A DNA stretch of 64,000 nt, taken from NCBI RefSeq assembly GCF_006345805.1, contig NC_043014.1, positions 27,528,001-27,592,000 on the forward strand. The letters run 5' to 3'. The notes beneath the pieces are model-generated. The model worked only from the letters and a program-made list of their open reading frames with translations. It did not search any database and was not told where the DNA came from. The first letter of the stretch is position 1. Each line of letters starts with the position of its first letter. Positions 49,542 through 61,894 of this stretch are shown in pieces. A program made the translations under genes and the position numbers. Origin of the DNA: Octopus sinensis (lineage: Eukaryota).

Positions 49542-51161
49542 GTTGGTAATAGTTTTTTATTTTTTCTTTCTCCCTTCTTCATCTTCTGTGTGAGTGGATA
49601 AGTGCAGGCATGGCTGAAGATGGTTGAAGAGTTTGCTTCACAATCATGAGGACTTTGACTGTTATTGTAGGTAGGTGGCCATCTATGTCTCTCCTTTCTT
49701 TTTAGGGTTATATTAACCACCATCTTGTTTAAGGTGTGATTTGAAGGAGAATTGGCTGGTATTTCTAACAGGTCAGGTGACTGGAAGCTCCATTATTGGT
49801 TTGAGTAAAATTAGGTAATTGGAAATAGTATAGATCCCCATCAGATAGGCTGTAGCTATCAAAAGGCCAGATTTGTCATGTTGTCTACTTGAAGTTTATA
49901 TTAAGGGTTTAATAGTCTGTGGAATATTCAGCCACCTTAGTTTATAATCATTGTTTGAACATCCCATTTTTTTATGCTTGATTTGCCTTAAATAAGTCAA
50001 GTACTCATATTGACCCGATGTTATCCATAGTACAAAGCATCATGAAATCTTCATAAACAGTACTTAGGAAGAGTGTGGTAGTATATATTTCATTGCTATG
50101 AGAAGCAGGAACAGTGACTAAATAGTGAGGGCAGTGTTCAAATTCTTGCTAAAAGCCTACAAACTGCAAGAAGAAGCCTCTGTAGTGTATCTATTCTTGG
50201 GTCCCTAAATAAAACGAATCTATAATTCTACAGGCTTCATAATCATCATTACATAATCATCTTAATGAGATGTCTATTTTATATTGAATTTTGTGAAACA
50301 GTGTTAGTGGTTTTACAACAGGTCAATCATTGGTTCTGTGCAGTTGTGGTGGCTAGAGTGATAGTGTCTGTGCAACTTGAGAAAGCATCAGTTTGTTCGA
50401 CCAGAAGCTATGCTAGAAATTATTTGCTTAACATGTCATCTGGTTGGAAAACAAAACTTCTTAACCATGCAGCCATGCCTGTGCCCTTGGTGTAGTTAAG
50501 AAGTTTGCTACTGAGCCACATGGTTTCTGGTTTAGTTCCACTGCCTGGTACCTTGGGCAAGTGTCTTCTATAACCCTGGGCTGACCAAAGCCTTGTGAGT
50601 AGATTTGGTGGACAGAAACTGCAGGAAGCCCATTGTTTGTGTGTGCATGCACTGATTTTGATATTCTATGGTTGTCATTGACTGATGTTGCTGATACGAC
50701 TGGTTGCTCTGTGCTTTTGAAAACCTCTAGAATAAAAAGTATTCTTTTTTTGAAAGCAGGTAAAGGTTGGCAATAGAAAGAGCATCCAACTATAAAAATT
50801 GAAAAGCCCATCGTGTATGTGTATTATATACTTGTGTGTGTGTCTCCTTGTTTTGACATAACATGATAGTTGTATTGTGATCATACAAGCAGTATCATTC
50901 ATTTCCAATCTTCCTTGAAAACATATATGGACTGGGGGAAATATTACCTTAAATGGAAATAGGTGCGGGTTGGTAACAGGAAAGGCATCCAGCCATAGAG
51001 TATATGCCTCGAAATGAATTCTGTCTGAGTCATGCACATATGAGAAAGTAAATGTCAAAATAAAAGATGAGAGGTGTAATGATTCAGGATAGAGATGGCA
51101 CTGATTTTCAAATCCTTTATATGTGAGTGGCTGAGTATTCCACAGACATGCCTGTCCTTAA

Positions 51162-51361
51162 CCCTCTAGCAATCAAATTACTGTTGCATGTAATGTTTAT
51201 TCACAGTTTTGAATTAATCTTGCATTCCTCTCTTAGCTTCAAGATTTCAACAATGTGATTGTTTATTTTTAGAATGATAGCATAGGGTAGGTGTGAGAGG
51301 TCATATCTGGTCAGTTTAAACATAAAACAGGTAGAATATTGGATATGGCCAGTTTAAAGGG
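51162..51361 (-). mobile_element. piggyBac-type MITE copy (decayed)
   Basis: TTAA-CCCTCTAGCAAT start; internal AAACATAAAACAGGTAGAATATT shared with the 11716-11937 copy. Confidence 0.65.
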
Positions 51362-51588
51362 TTGACAATTCTACTTAGTTCCATTCACCTAATTTTACTA
51401 ACAAGCCATGGTTCAATTCAAGGTTATAATAAAAATACTTGCCCACAAGGCCATACAGTGATATTGAACTTGGGAGCTTATGATTGTGGAGCAAACCTCT
51501 TAACCATTTGATCATATTTGTATGTAATATAACTATTTTAGCATTTGTTGTTTGTACTATTTTAACAAAGTGTCTCTTGTTTCTGCAG

Positions 51589-51653
51589 CTCACCCCTGAT
51601 ACTGCTACCCATTTGTTTACTGCATTTGTAAATGTTTTTCCTGTTCTCAATAA
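51589..51653 (+). CDS. RRP1: RRP1-like exon 5
   Basis: Acceptor ttctgcag|CTC, donor AA|GTAAGT, 65 nt, phase 0 to 2. LTPDTATHLFTAFVNVFPVLN, open and phase-compatible. Confidence 0.8.
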
Positions 51654-52379
51654 GTAAGTTTTCCTCTTTTTCTTCTTTCCAAAAGAAAATTATAATACAA
51701 TGGTTAATATTCATCTATTGTGAATATTAGATTCCATATCTAAAAGAGATCAGACAGTCTTAGATTTCAAGTTAAAAGGTTTTGCCTTATTTATATTATT
51801 GTTGTTGCTAAATAGCTGCTACCATGCACCTAGTAATATTATTTGTTAATCTGTCCTGAGAGGCAAAGGAAATCCTTTCCAGTTTAGAGACCTGGTATGA
51901 ATGCTTACAACAGAGTGGACGGCAAAAGAAACCCAAAGACTAGGTAGTGGGTTTTAAGCCAGGCATTGACTGAAGTCAACAATGAGTTTTTCCCACAGGC
52001 TCATATATACAGTTTCCATTTACTATATTTCTCTTTATGGTTTTGATTGATATGAGGCCATGAGAGAAGACATTGTCCAATGTTTCAGTGTAGTGGGATT
52101 GAACCTGAAACAACATAGTTGCAATGCAAACATCTTGAGCATACAGTTACTTCTGTGTCCACAGAGCATAATGAATTTGGCGAGAACAGGAATACCATAG
52201 GAAGATTTTGTTGTGGACAGTAATGTTGTTGAGCAGCATGTCGGACCTTATTATGATTAAAAGTACTCCTGTTGTTAATATTCCCCTTTCTCCCCCCCCC
52301 ACCTTATAATTGCACATATTTATATTTGGCTGCTATTTCTGCATTTGAAAACTTCATAGAGCCTCTATTATTGGACCAT

Positions 52380-54800
52380 GGGTAATCATGTAGACAACAT
52401 GTAATGTAAATTCCTCTTTTTAAACAAGAGGACTGCTTGACCAGTACAATAGCCTGCCTTGTCTTTTAAGCTGTAAGACCTTTACATTTCTGATTTTTGA
52501 TGTCCCTTGCTTATAGAAGGTCATCACCACTGAGCGTTGATTGGCGATGGTGTTGCTGTATGGGAAAACATGTATTAGGTAGTGCCATTTGCAGCAACAT
52601 TTTATGGTTGCACAGGCTTCTCTCTCAACGATGGATTGGTGTTTTTGTTTTTGAAAGGGACCTTCCTTGTGATAGTGTCCCTCCCAAGGCTGGGTCAGAA
52701 AACTGTTTTGATAGTAAGTGGTATTCCAGGTTGTGGAACGGCAAGAATGGCATTTACCAATGCAGTCTTTCGAGAAGAGATGTGATTGCTGTTTTTGTTC
52801 TTTTGGCAGTCCTGCTTTGTTGAAATTCTCTCTGGCACTTGTAAGTGGAATGGTGAGTCTGGAGCACTTAGGTATCCACTTTGCATAATATGCAAAAATG
52901 TCTATTATTTGATTTAGTTCTCTCAATGTTCTTGATTCTGGCATATCTAGTAGAGCTTGATACCTTTTAGGGTCAGATTTTATTGATGGATTTCCAATGT
53001 CCAAGGAAGCTGATTTACTTCAGAGAATTGACTCTCAATCTTATTGATTGTCATGTCAGATGTTTTGGATGTCTGGATAAATCTCCTGAGGCTATTGTCA
53101 TGTTCTTGATGGTCTTTGCCAGCTATGGTGATGTCATTTAGATAGGCAAAGGTTTTTTGAAGATTGTTTCTTTTTATGAATTCATCCATGACATGCTGGT
53201 AAATTGCTGCAGCGTTGGTACAACCAAATGGGAGACATTTAAACTCATAGTCTCCCCCCTGCTTCAAATGCTCTCACTTTATAGTCTTTGGGTAGGAATT
53301 CCACCTGGTGATATGCAGCTGTCATATCTATGTTGCTGAAAATCTTATTTGCTGTTACTTCATTTAGATGATCATCGATCCAGTGGGTGGGGGTAGGCAT
53401 CCAGTTGTGTGTAGATATTTATAGTGTTTGAGTAGTCGATCACCACTCTTGTCTTCCTTCCATTAGATGTTACAAAGCATTGAGCTCGCCAGGGACTATG
53501 GCTTTCCTGAATTATGTCCTCTGAAAGTAACCTGTTTATTTTGTGCTTAATAAACTCTGCATCTTGAAGTTATTGTAATTGGTCTAAGCTTAGAGGTCTT
53601 AATGTCAGGAAATAGTTCGTACATGGTGCATTTTAGGCTTGACATAGACATGCAGAATGACACAGGTTTGAACATACCCTTGAAGTCAATTGTTACTGCC
53701 AAGTGTTGACTGAAGATATTAATTTTGATGATGACCAGAGCTACAAGGTGGTCGGCCACTAGGAAATTAGCATTATATGCATTATTTCACAGTTGTAGTT
53801 TGCTGCTGAATTTGCCTTTAACTTCCAGTGTTGTGATGTTGGTCAAGTTGGCAGGTATGATCGTATTGTAATCCCCCAGACTTCAAGAAGATTCGCTTCT
53901 ATAAATGTCCTGTCAGAATCCGTATCAAGAAGGGCTTGTGTATCATTGTCCTTAATTTTAATGGGTATCAGCCATCCTGTACTGTTTATTACTGCTAAAA
54001 TGATGGATGATAAGGTTCCATCACTGTTTTATTCCAAGTTGCTCTTGGGCTCTGTGATAGCTGTTGTTTTAGGTAAGTTTTGTTTGTTTCTTGGTGGCTT
54101 TTTTGAGAGACAGACTTTCTCCCAGTGGCCTTTCTTCTGACACCCTTTGCAAGTGAAGTTTCTTGCTGATTTTTTTTTATGGATGTCTCCACCACACCAA
54201 AAGCCTGCTGATTTGGTAGCTGCAAGATGGGGGTGATTGATTGATACCAGCTGAGCCTTGCAATTGGTTGCGAATATCTTCAGTGGCCACCTCCATGGTT
54301 TGAGCAAGCTTATAGAGCGTTTCTAAGCTGTCATTTGATGACTCAAGAAGTCTTTGTCTGATTGATGGTGATTGAAGCCCAACCACAAAGGCATCACCAA
54401 TTAGAATTTCTTGGTAATGGTCTGCCGTTAGGGCTTGGATTCTACACTTCTTGGCCAGCACCTGAAGGGTTGGCATAAATTCTTCTATAGGCTCGTTTTC
54501 TTTTGTTTTCAAGTTAGTAGCTTATGGTACATCATTATGTATGAACTTTGAGTCCAGGCGTTCTATTGCTGCCTAGAAGGTTTCAGCTTCTTCAACGATA
54601 AGGTAGGTCTTTGCTCTGCAGAGGACTAAAAGTACCTCCAGTTTAGATTCATTTGGAACTTCTGCTTTTGCAATGTAGATGTTTATTATCCGTTTCCAGT
54701 AAATATAATCTTCCTCAGTTGGGTTTTCTGGTAGGATCCTCTCAAACACTTTGGCATCCATTTAGAATGAAGTTTGAATAAAATTTATCATAAACCAGTT
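52380..54800 (-). mobile_element. Ty3/Gypsy LTR retrotransposon, decayed, antisense in RRP1 intron 5
   Basis: gag (MDAKVFER..., KENEPIEEFM..L..LAKKC, knuckle CKGCQKKGHWEKVC), protease (ALLDTDSDRTF), RT (YEFKCLPFGCTNAAAIYQ...AYLNDITIAG), RNase H remnant. No integrase seen. AATAAA then TGG (PBS-like) near 54797. Confidence 0.85.
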
Positions 54801-55050
54801 TAAAGAGGCTTTTATTCAAACTTAATTTCTGCTTGCTGTCTAATCCATTAATCATGGCTGTCCAATGATTAAGATGTGTTGTTTTATATTAAATAAAGAC
54901 AGTATCCATCTATCAATATCATTCGACACTATGCCTCAATACAAAATAAGATATCTATATTTTTATCTATTATTTTACTATTGTAGAAAGGAATTAATGA
55001 TAGGATATTACAATTTGTAACATGCATCTTATGCTTTGTTTCTTTTGTAG

Positions 55051-55201
55051 CCCTATTGTTGTGGCCAGCATCTTTAAATTACTCAATAAACTAATCTTTG
55101 ATGAGGAATCTCCCGAGGATAAAAAGAATAGGAAAAGATATGTTTTAAATGGCTATGAAGAACGAGATGCAACAGATTTTGAAAATCCAGTGAAGCTCAC
55201 A
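55051..55201 (+). CDS. RRP1: RRP1-like exon 6
   Basis: Acceptor ttttgtag|C, donor ACA|GTAAGT, phase 2 to 0. PIVVASIFKLLNKLIFDEESPED...PVKLT. Confidence 0.85.
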
Positions 55202-55582
55202 GTAAGTCATATTGCTTACTAAAAAATTTCAGTGTGCTCAGAGTAGCAGCATTCACAAACACACACACACAGAATTAGGGGGCTGTGAGTAATGTGGAAT
55301 CTAACAAAGAGCAAAGATTGAAACATTTTTCATTGCAGTTAAAATTAGCATGCTCTCTGTTGGGTTGTGATTTGAAGGAATTTGGTTATTCTTAGCAGGG
55401 CTGGCAACTGTATAGAGCTTACCTCATTTGGCTCAAGATGATACTAGTAATAGTAGCATGTACATTTATGTTGAAAATATTCTTGACAGAATCAGTGGAA
55501 CACTGGACAAAATGTCAAGTGTATTTAGTTAGATCTCTTTGTGTCTTAGGTTCAAGTGCACTGAGATTGATAAAATATAGAA

Positions 55583-56058
55583 ATCGAAATCAAATTTAAT
55601 GACGGCACCGCATGGCTGGCATCCGTGCTAGTGGAGCACTAAGAGCACCATCCAAGCGTGATCGTTGCCAGGGCCACTGACTGGCCCCCATGCGAGTGGC
55701 ACATAAAAAACACCATTCGAGTGTGATCGTTACCAGCGTCGCCTTACTGGCACGTGAAAAACAACGTTCAAGCGAGGTCCGTTGCCAGTGCCGCTAGACT
55801 GGCTTCTGTGCAAGTGACACGTAAAAAACACCATTTGAGCCTGGCTGTTACCAGTACCGCCTGACTGGCCCTTGTGCTGGTGGCACATAAAAGCACCCAC
55901 TACACTCTCAGAGTGGTTGGCATTAGGAAGGACATCCAACTGTAGAAACTCTGCCAGATCAGATTAGAGCCTGGTGCAGCCATCTGGCTTGCTAGTCCCC
56001 AGTCAAACCATCCAACCCATGCCAGCATGGAAGGTGGACATTAAACAATGATGGTGAT
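55583..56058 (+). mobile_element. RTE-tailed non-autonomous retroelement with internal tandem units
   Basis: Four to five 51-67-bp units containing GGCAC(G/A)TAAAAA.CACC, then a tail AAACCATCCAACCCATGCCAGCATGG...(GAT)n shared with the RTE LINE. Confidence 0.7.
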
Positions 56059-56598
56059 GATATACAAATCAAGTACGGGGAGAAGTGGGGCAGTCATTAT
56101 TTGGTTTTGTATCCTTCCACAAAATTTTTGGCTTATGATTGTGAATATTCTTTTTATTGGATGGAAGAATAGCAGAATCATTTGAGTGTTGGACAAAATG
56201 TGTTGTAATATTTGGTTGGAGGTCAGCTTTATTATTATTAATTTTCTATGCCAACCAGTGTACAATACTGTGCATTGACTTAGTGATTCTATCATCACTA
56301 CTTCAGCAAATATGGTGCATTCTGTTTTGCTGAGGTCTAATACTACCAAATCTGTCCTGAAGTGTACCTGTACTTGCCTGACTAATACTGTCTTTCCTTG
56401 CAATGTAATTATTTCTAAATTGGATTTTCAGTGTTCCCTTTATTAAAATATGATCATAATAATTTATTGTCTAATTTATTTTCTAAAACAAACTAGTTTT
56501 GGTTCATAGATGTCTGTGAAGTTAGTGGAAGTCAGAGTTAGCTCCAAACTGCTTAACTTAATTATTCCCATTTAATGTTTGGTATTGTTTGTTTCAAG

Positions 56599-56696
56599 AT
56601 CGATTTGGAAAAGTTTTCAACCATTCTCATGGATAGGGCCAGTAGTGAAAAAGGTACATTTAAACGACGGAAGCAGTTATATAATCTCATCAAGCG
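56599..56696 (+). CDS. RRP1: RRP1-like exon 7
   Basis: Acceptor gtttcaag|ATC, donor CG|GTAAGA, phase 0 to 2. IDLEKFSTILMDRASSEKGTFKRRKQLYNLIKR resembles the RRP1 NRK.LY.LI.K helix. Confidence 0.85.
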
Positions 56697-56896
56697 GTAA
56701 GAATACTTTTATAATACCTCCTTCACTCACCTTTTCTCTTTCTCTTACATAAATTAAATCTGGTGTTAGATCCCAACTCTGATCATTCTTGATTATAAAT
56801 TAAGTAAAAGCAAAAAAAACTTTGCCTTTAAGTTGTATGAATGAGTGAATGCTGACACTAGTGTATTGGACAAGAAGTCATTGTTTTGTGTCTTAA

Positions 56897-57081
56897 CCCT
56901 TTAGCGTTTAAACGGGCCATATTTTTCCTGTTTTATGTTCAACGCAGCCAGATTTGGCCTCTCTCACCTATCCTACAATGTCATTCTAAAAATAAACAAT
57001 CAGTCATCAAACTCTTGAAGCTACAAGATAATATGAATAAATAAGCATTACATTCAAGAAAGTAATCTGAATGCTAAAGGG
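56897..57081 (+). mobile_element. piggyBac-type MITE copy
   Basis: TTAA-CCCTTTAGCGTT ... AATGCTAAAGGG; internal sequence collinear with 311-528. Further partial copies near 16596-16760 and 27100-27303. Confidence 0.72.
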
Positions 57082-57199
57082 CTAATACCGCTACTGCATT
57101 GTATCATTGCCAAGTACATCAATCTATAACTAACTCATGTTGACTGTTACAGAGGTATCAATCAGCAGTGATGATGATAATAATGCTCGGTTCAATTCC

Positions 57200-58131
57200 T
57201 TCTACACCACAAATATACAAATGATGGAATCCTGTCCTCTGAAAAAATTATGTCTCTACTTAACATGTGAATCTAGAGCAGATCACTATCCCAATGGATT
57301 TTTGTCACTCAGAAAATTTTGTCTTATTATTCAGAAGTGTATACACAGAAGTCGTTTCATCTAATCTTCTGAACCATGGGTGAGATTTGGTCTTAACATG
57401 TAATCATTTGTTTTACTGGTTCACTGCAGTTGTGATAAAGGGAGTATCTGTAACTTGGTGCAGAATAAATACCATTTCAAAATCAAGAGTTGTAATGTGA
57501 TGAGAAATGGATCCAATGCAACAATCGGAAATGTTCAGCTCAATGGTTGGATAAAGTTGAGCCACCAATACACAGTCCAAGAAGCAAAATTCATCAAAAG
57601 AAGCTGATGAAGTGTGTCTGGTCTGGCACAGGTGTGATCCATTATGATTTCATTAAACCTAGTTCATCGATCACAGCTGTAGTATAAATACTGCAGCCAA
57701 CTGGAGCAAATAATGCAGAAACTTACAGAAAAAAAACAGCCTCGATTAGCCAACAGATCCACTCCTGTTTTATTGTAAGACAACGCCAGACCACACATCA
57801 CAAAACAGGTGTTGGAGTTGGAAGTTCTCCATCATCCACCATACTCACCTGATCTTGCCCCCACTGACTACCACTTCTTTCAGAATTTGGATAACTTTTT
57901 GGTAGGAAAAAAATTTTATTACAATGATGCTTTAAAACAGGCCTTCCAAGAGTTTATTGACTCTAGATTGCCAGGCTTTTACAGTTCCGGGCTGGATAAG
58001 CTACCACTGAAATGGCAAAAGTGTATTGACAATATGGGTGCATACTTTGATGAATAAAACTATTCCTTGTATTTATAAAACATTGGCAAACTTTCTTGTC
58101 TTTTCTAAAAATTTCACACTTGACGACCTAA
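57200..58131 (+). mobile_element. mariner (DD34D) transposon, 3' part
   Basis: CDEKW...NRKCSAQWLDK, then LEVLHHPPYSPDLAPTDYHFFQNLDNFL...LPLKWQKCIDNMGAYFDE. TIR end GACGACCTAA-TA at about 58122-58133. The 5' boundary is approximate. Confidence 0.85.
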
Positions 58132-58264
58132 TAGTTTTACTTCGAGTTCAAATCAATACTTGTGGTCATGAAGACAAATCAAAAATTAAATTCACTCTTG
58201 TTTCTGTAATTTCTTAAAACAAAAGCAGGAATTGAACAATTACATCATTTTTTTTTACATATTC

Positions 58265-58860
58265 TTCTTGCTTTTCAATGCACTTCTTCAGGGTCCACAA
58301 GCTTGCTTATTCCATGGGAGAAACTTTTTGGCTGGTTGTGCAGCCATTTATGCATAGTTTCTTCTGCTTCTTTTGGCAAATTGACAACCTTGTAAAGAAT
58401 GTTCAAGTGATCCAAAGAGGTGATAGCCAGAAGGAGTGAGGTCTGGACTGTATGCACCTCATTGATGATCACTCATAAGTTCACCAAAGCCATCTCTCAA
58501 ACTTGTTGAATTTTCACATCATTGGTGGAAGTTGAAAGGCATCTTGCTCCTTCTTTGAGCTTCATGGCTGTCTGGCCATTTTTAAACTTCTCCATCGACT
58601 CCTACATGCTTCTATGTGGTAGAGTGCTGTCCCTCTTTTGTACTGAAAACCTGCAATGAATTTCTGCCTCTGACACATCTTCAAACCAAGATCAGATGAC
58701 TGATATCTGTTCTTTGGTGAAAACTGGAAGAACCCCAGTCAAACCTTGGTTGCATAACCACCAGAGCACCACCTTTTAGCATACAAATGCTGAAGGCAGT
58801 GTGACCAACCTAAAGACAGTTTTGGCAAAAGTGCAAATAATTTTTGACTTCTATTATTTA
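58265..58860 (-). mobile_element. mariner transposon, internally deleted
   Basis: Minus strand gives degraded N-terminal HTH remnants (EAEIHCRFS; EKFKNGQT) and a C-terminal KWLHNQPKSF.HGISKLVD segment. Confidence 0.65.
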
Positions 58861-58921
58861 TTTATAATTATAATTCAGAGTAATTTTAAAACATCACTGA
58901 AATACCATTTTCATTTTGCAG

Positions 58922-59091
58922 AATAAAAGATTTAGAACATACAAAGCCTTCTTCCAAAAGTGTGAAGAAAAGTAAATGTAAACATAAAAAAGGCAATATT
59001 GAGGAAGTGAATATTGAAGAGGCAGCTCAAAGATATTTGGAGTTTAATGAGAAACTGCAAAAAGAAATTCCATCACAGAAGCAATGTAAGA
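58922..59091 (+). CDS. RRP1: RRP1-like exon 8
   Basis: Acceptor ttttgcag|A, donor A|GTAAGT, phase 2 to 1. Lys/Glu-rich open frame overlapping ORF 58962. Confidence 0.8.
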
Positions 59092-59950
59092 GTAAGTGTG
59101 AGATTCAGTTATTTTGTTTATTATCTATTATCCTGTTTTTTCACAGCTGGACTTACAGCTTAAGTAATGCATATCACTTTCATCCTTCCATTTATCTACT
59201 CAACCATTTGTCTTTCTATCCAGTCTCCCATCCTTCTTACCCAAATATCTATTGTCTATGTATGTCAATTCTTCTAAATGTCTTCCACTTAAAATATATT
59301 TCAGATATAGTTGAGATTACACCAGAAATTTTATTGTGAATATGTAGAAGTGTTTGTGTCTACTTGTTTGAATTTGAATCCTTATTTATTAAATGTTTAA
59401 CATTCAGGATAAAGCCCTCATAGGATACATAGAACATTGCAATTGTAGTATAAGACATCATCAAAGAAAAGTTATGCACATTATTGGATTTTGAAATGAA
59501 CTTGTGCATATAAAACAAGTACAAGGAAATATACATAAATTTTGAAATCATAAAATGAAATGAATGTGCACACAAATTACACTTCCTCTTTTATCATTAT
59601 AGTGATTCAGAAAACTTGTTAACAAAGGTGGGATATCCTGCTGATAGTGTTAAGTATTATACTGTTAATGAGTTAGATGGTGAGAAAATGTCTCTTAACT
59701 ATATTGCTAACAACTGGAGTGTGTATGTACACTTTATAGCTTGAGCAGCTCAAAGTATCATTTCGAAATATCTTCTATAGTTTTATAATTTTAAAACGAT
59801 ACTTCTACTTGCAATAAATTTTGATGGTGATGATGATGTATGTGTTTCCTACTAACTTCTCTCTTTCTGTCTCATCTATTCTTCTCAATCTCTCCAACCA
59901 CCCTCTTGCTGTATCCTTTCCACTCTCTAACTTCCCAGTTTCTATTACAG

Positions 59951-61137
59951 AACTTGAAATACTACAGTACAAGAAGAAACGAGCCCAGGAAAAATGTAAT
60001 GGAGAGCGAAAGAAGGAAAAAGACAGAGTGGCAGATGAGGAAGAGGAGGAGAAAGATGTTGAGAATGCCGAGGAGGGGGAAGAAGAGGATGGAGATAGTA
60101 CAGAGGAGGAAGAAGAAGAGGATGGAGAGAGTACAGAGGAGGGAGAAGAAGATGGAGAAAGTATGGAAGAAGATAATGAGGACATGGGCTGTGAGTTTAT
60201 ACGTTTTGAAGCTGAAGAAGATGATGATGATGATTTTGATACTGAAGAAGAGGAGGAGGGGGAAGATATGTGGGCTTTTGAAGAAGAAGAAGAGGAGGAG
60301 GGGGAGGGAGAAGATGTGTGGGATGTTGAAGAAGAATGTACAAGTGATGAAGAAGAGGATGGAGAAAATGTGTATGATAATGATGATGAAGAAGATGAGG
60401 AAGAATTTGATGATGAGTCATTGGGTCTTGGAAAAGATCAAATGATAGACAGTGATAAATTAGATTCTGTTTATACAAATAGAGAACCAGATGATAGTGA
60501 TGACAATGATTATGATGATGAAAATGAGGAAGAGGATGGTCATGATGATGGCTTGGAATTTGATGCTGAAGAGGCATTCCTGAAAATGGAGGAGGAGGAG
60601 AGTGAAGAGGAAAGTAATAGCATAGATGGCAATGAAGAAAGAGGCGATGAAGTTGGTTGTTATATTGTAGATGTTCAAACATGCAACAACAACAGTGGTA
60701 GTGAAGAGGTTAAGAACTCCCAACAACAGCCGCTTGAATCCCAGGCTGGCCCATCACAGAAGCCTAAGAAACATACTGACAGTAGTGCTGATGGTAAACC
60801 CTCATCAGGTAAATGTAAGCGAAAAAATGAAGAGCTGGATGATGACATGATAGAAAAAAAGATGAAGATGATGATAGAGATGATGAGCAAAAAGTTAACA
60901 GCAGACAAGAAAAAGAAAAAGCGAAAGAAGGTAAAAACACCCTCTGACAGCAATACATCTAAAATCACTGATAATTCGTCTCAGTCAAACTCTAGTTGGT
61001 TTGCCTTGGTGGATTTTGAAAAAGATGATGAGAAAAGAGAGGACATCTGTGGTTCAGTTGACCAGACAGTTAGGAAAGAGAAGGTGAGAAAGAAAAAGAA
61101 GAAGCAAAATGGAGAGGCGACAATAGCAAATAAAAAG
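59951..61137 (+). CDS. RRP1: RRP1-like exon 9 (large exon with D/E-rich tract and basic NLS-like clusters)
   Basis: Polypyrimidine tract and ttacag|AA acceptor, donor AAG|GTTAGT. Lies within the 444-aa ORF 59821..61155, phase 1 to 0. Confidence 0.88.
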
Positions 61138-61894
61138 GTTAGTTGTTTTAATTAGTTTGTGTGTCTGTTTCTTTGCATGAAAATTTATCTCTGCTCATCT
61201 CTTTTGAGGTTTGATCTACCTATCTATATTGAAGTCTTCACTCATTTCTGTCTCTGTTGAGGTCAGTTTCCATTTAGGCTTTATGTGTGTATATATTCAT
61301 GAAACTAAGATTCCAAAATTTACAAATCCTGATTCACTGGATAGACTAACACCCTAGAGTTCCAGTGAAGATCTGGCCTATATTAGAGAGTGAACAGGCA
61401 CATTGGCACTTTGTTATCTGCATTTTGTAGTGGTGATAGTTGAAGCTTGTGTGCCATCATTTCTACATCTGCTTTAGTCATACTGTTATGGATTGGTCGT
61501 CTTTTTGTGGCAGTATTCTAAAGCTGATTGTACTTTAGAATACAGGCATTTCTAAATGGTTAAGATGCTTGGTTCAACAACCATGAGGCCTTGTTCAGTC
61601 CTGTAGCATAATACCTTGCACAAGTTCCTTCTTTTATAGCTTTGTGTTGACCCAAGCTTGATGGGTGAAATTTATGAGACAGAAACTGAAGGCTCATCAG
61701 TGGTTTATACCTGTAAATCAAAAACCTTAGCATTGTCATACAGCATAAGGTTAGTCATCCTGAGAATTACAAATGTGTGAACAATACTTAATCCTTTACA
61801 ATATAGTGCAGTATATAAGTTGTTCTGTCGATCACACAGTTGAAATAATGTCGAAATCATTGAATCTTATATATGTTTAAACATTGCCAAATTA

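Noticed and set aside
55620-55900. CRISPR array
   Set aside because: Eukaryotic intron, no cas genes, the spacers are homologous to each other, and the array is part of an RTE-tailed repeat.
59805-60968. Several antisense and shifted-frame ORFs (59805, 59840, 60197, 60460, 60675, 60764)
   Set aside because: Shadows of the GAA/GAT-rich acidic exon; no independent start, splice or homology evidence.
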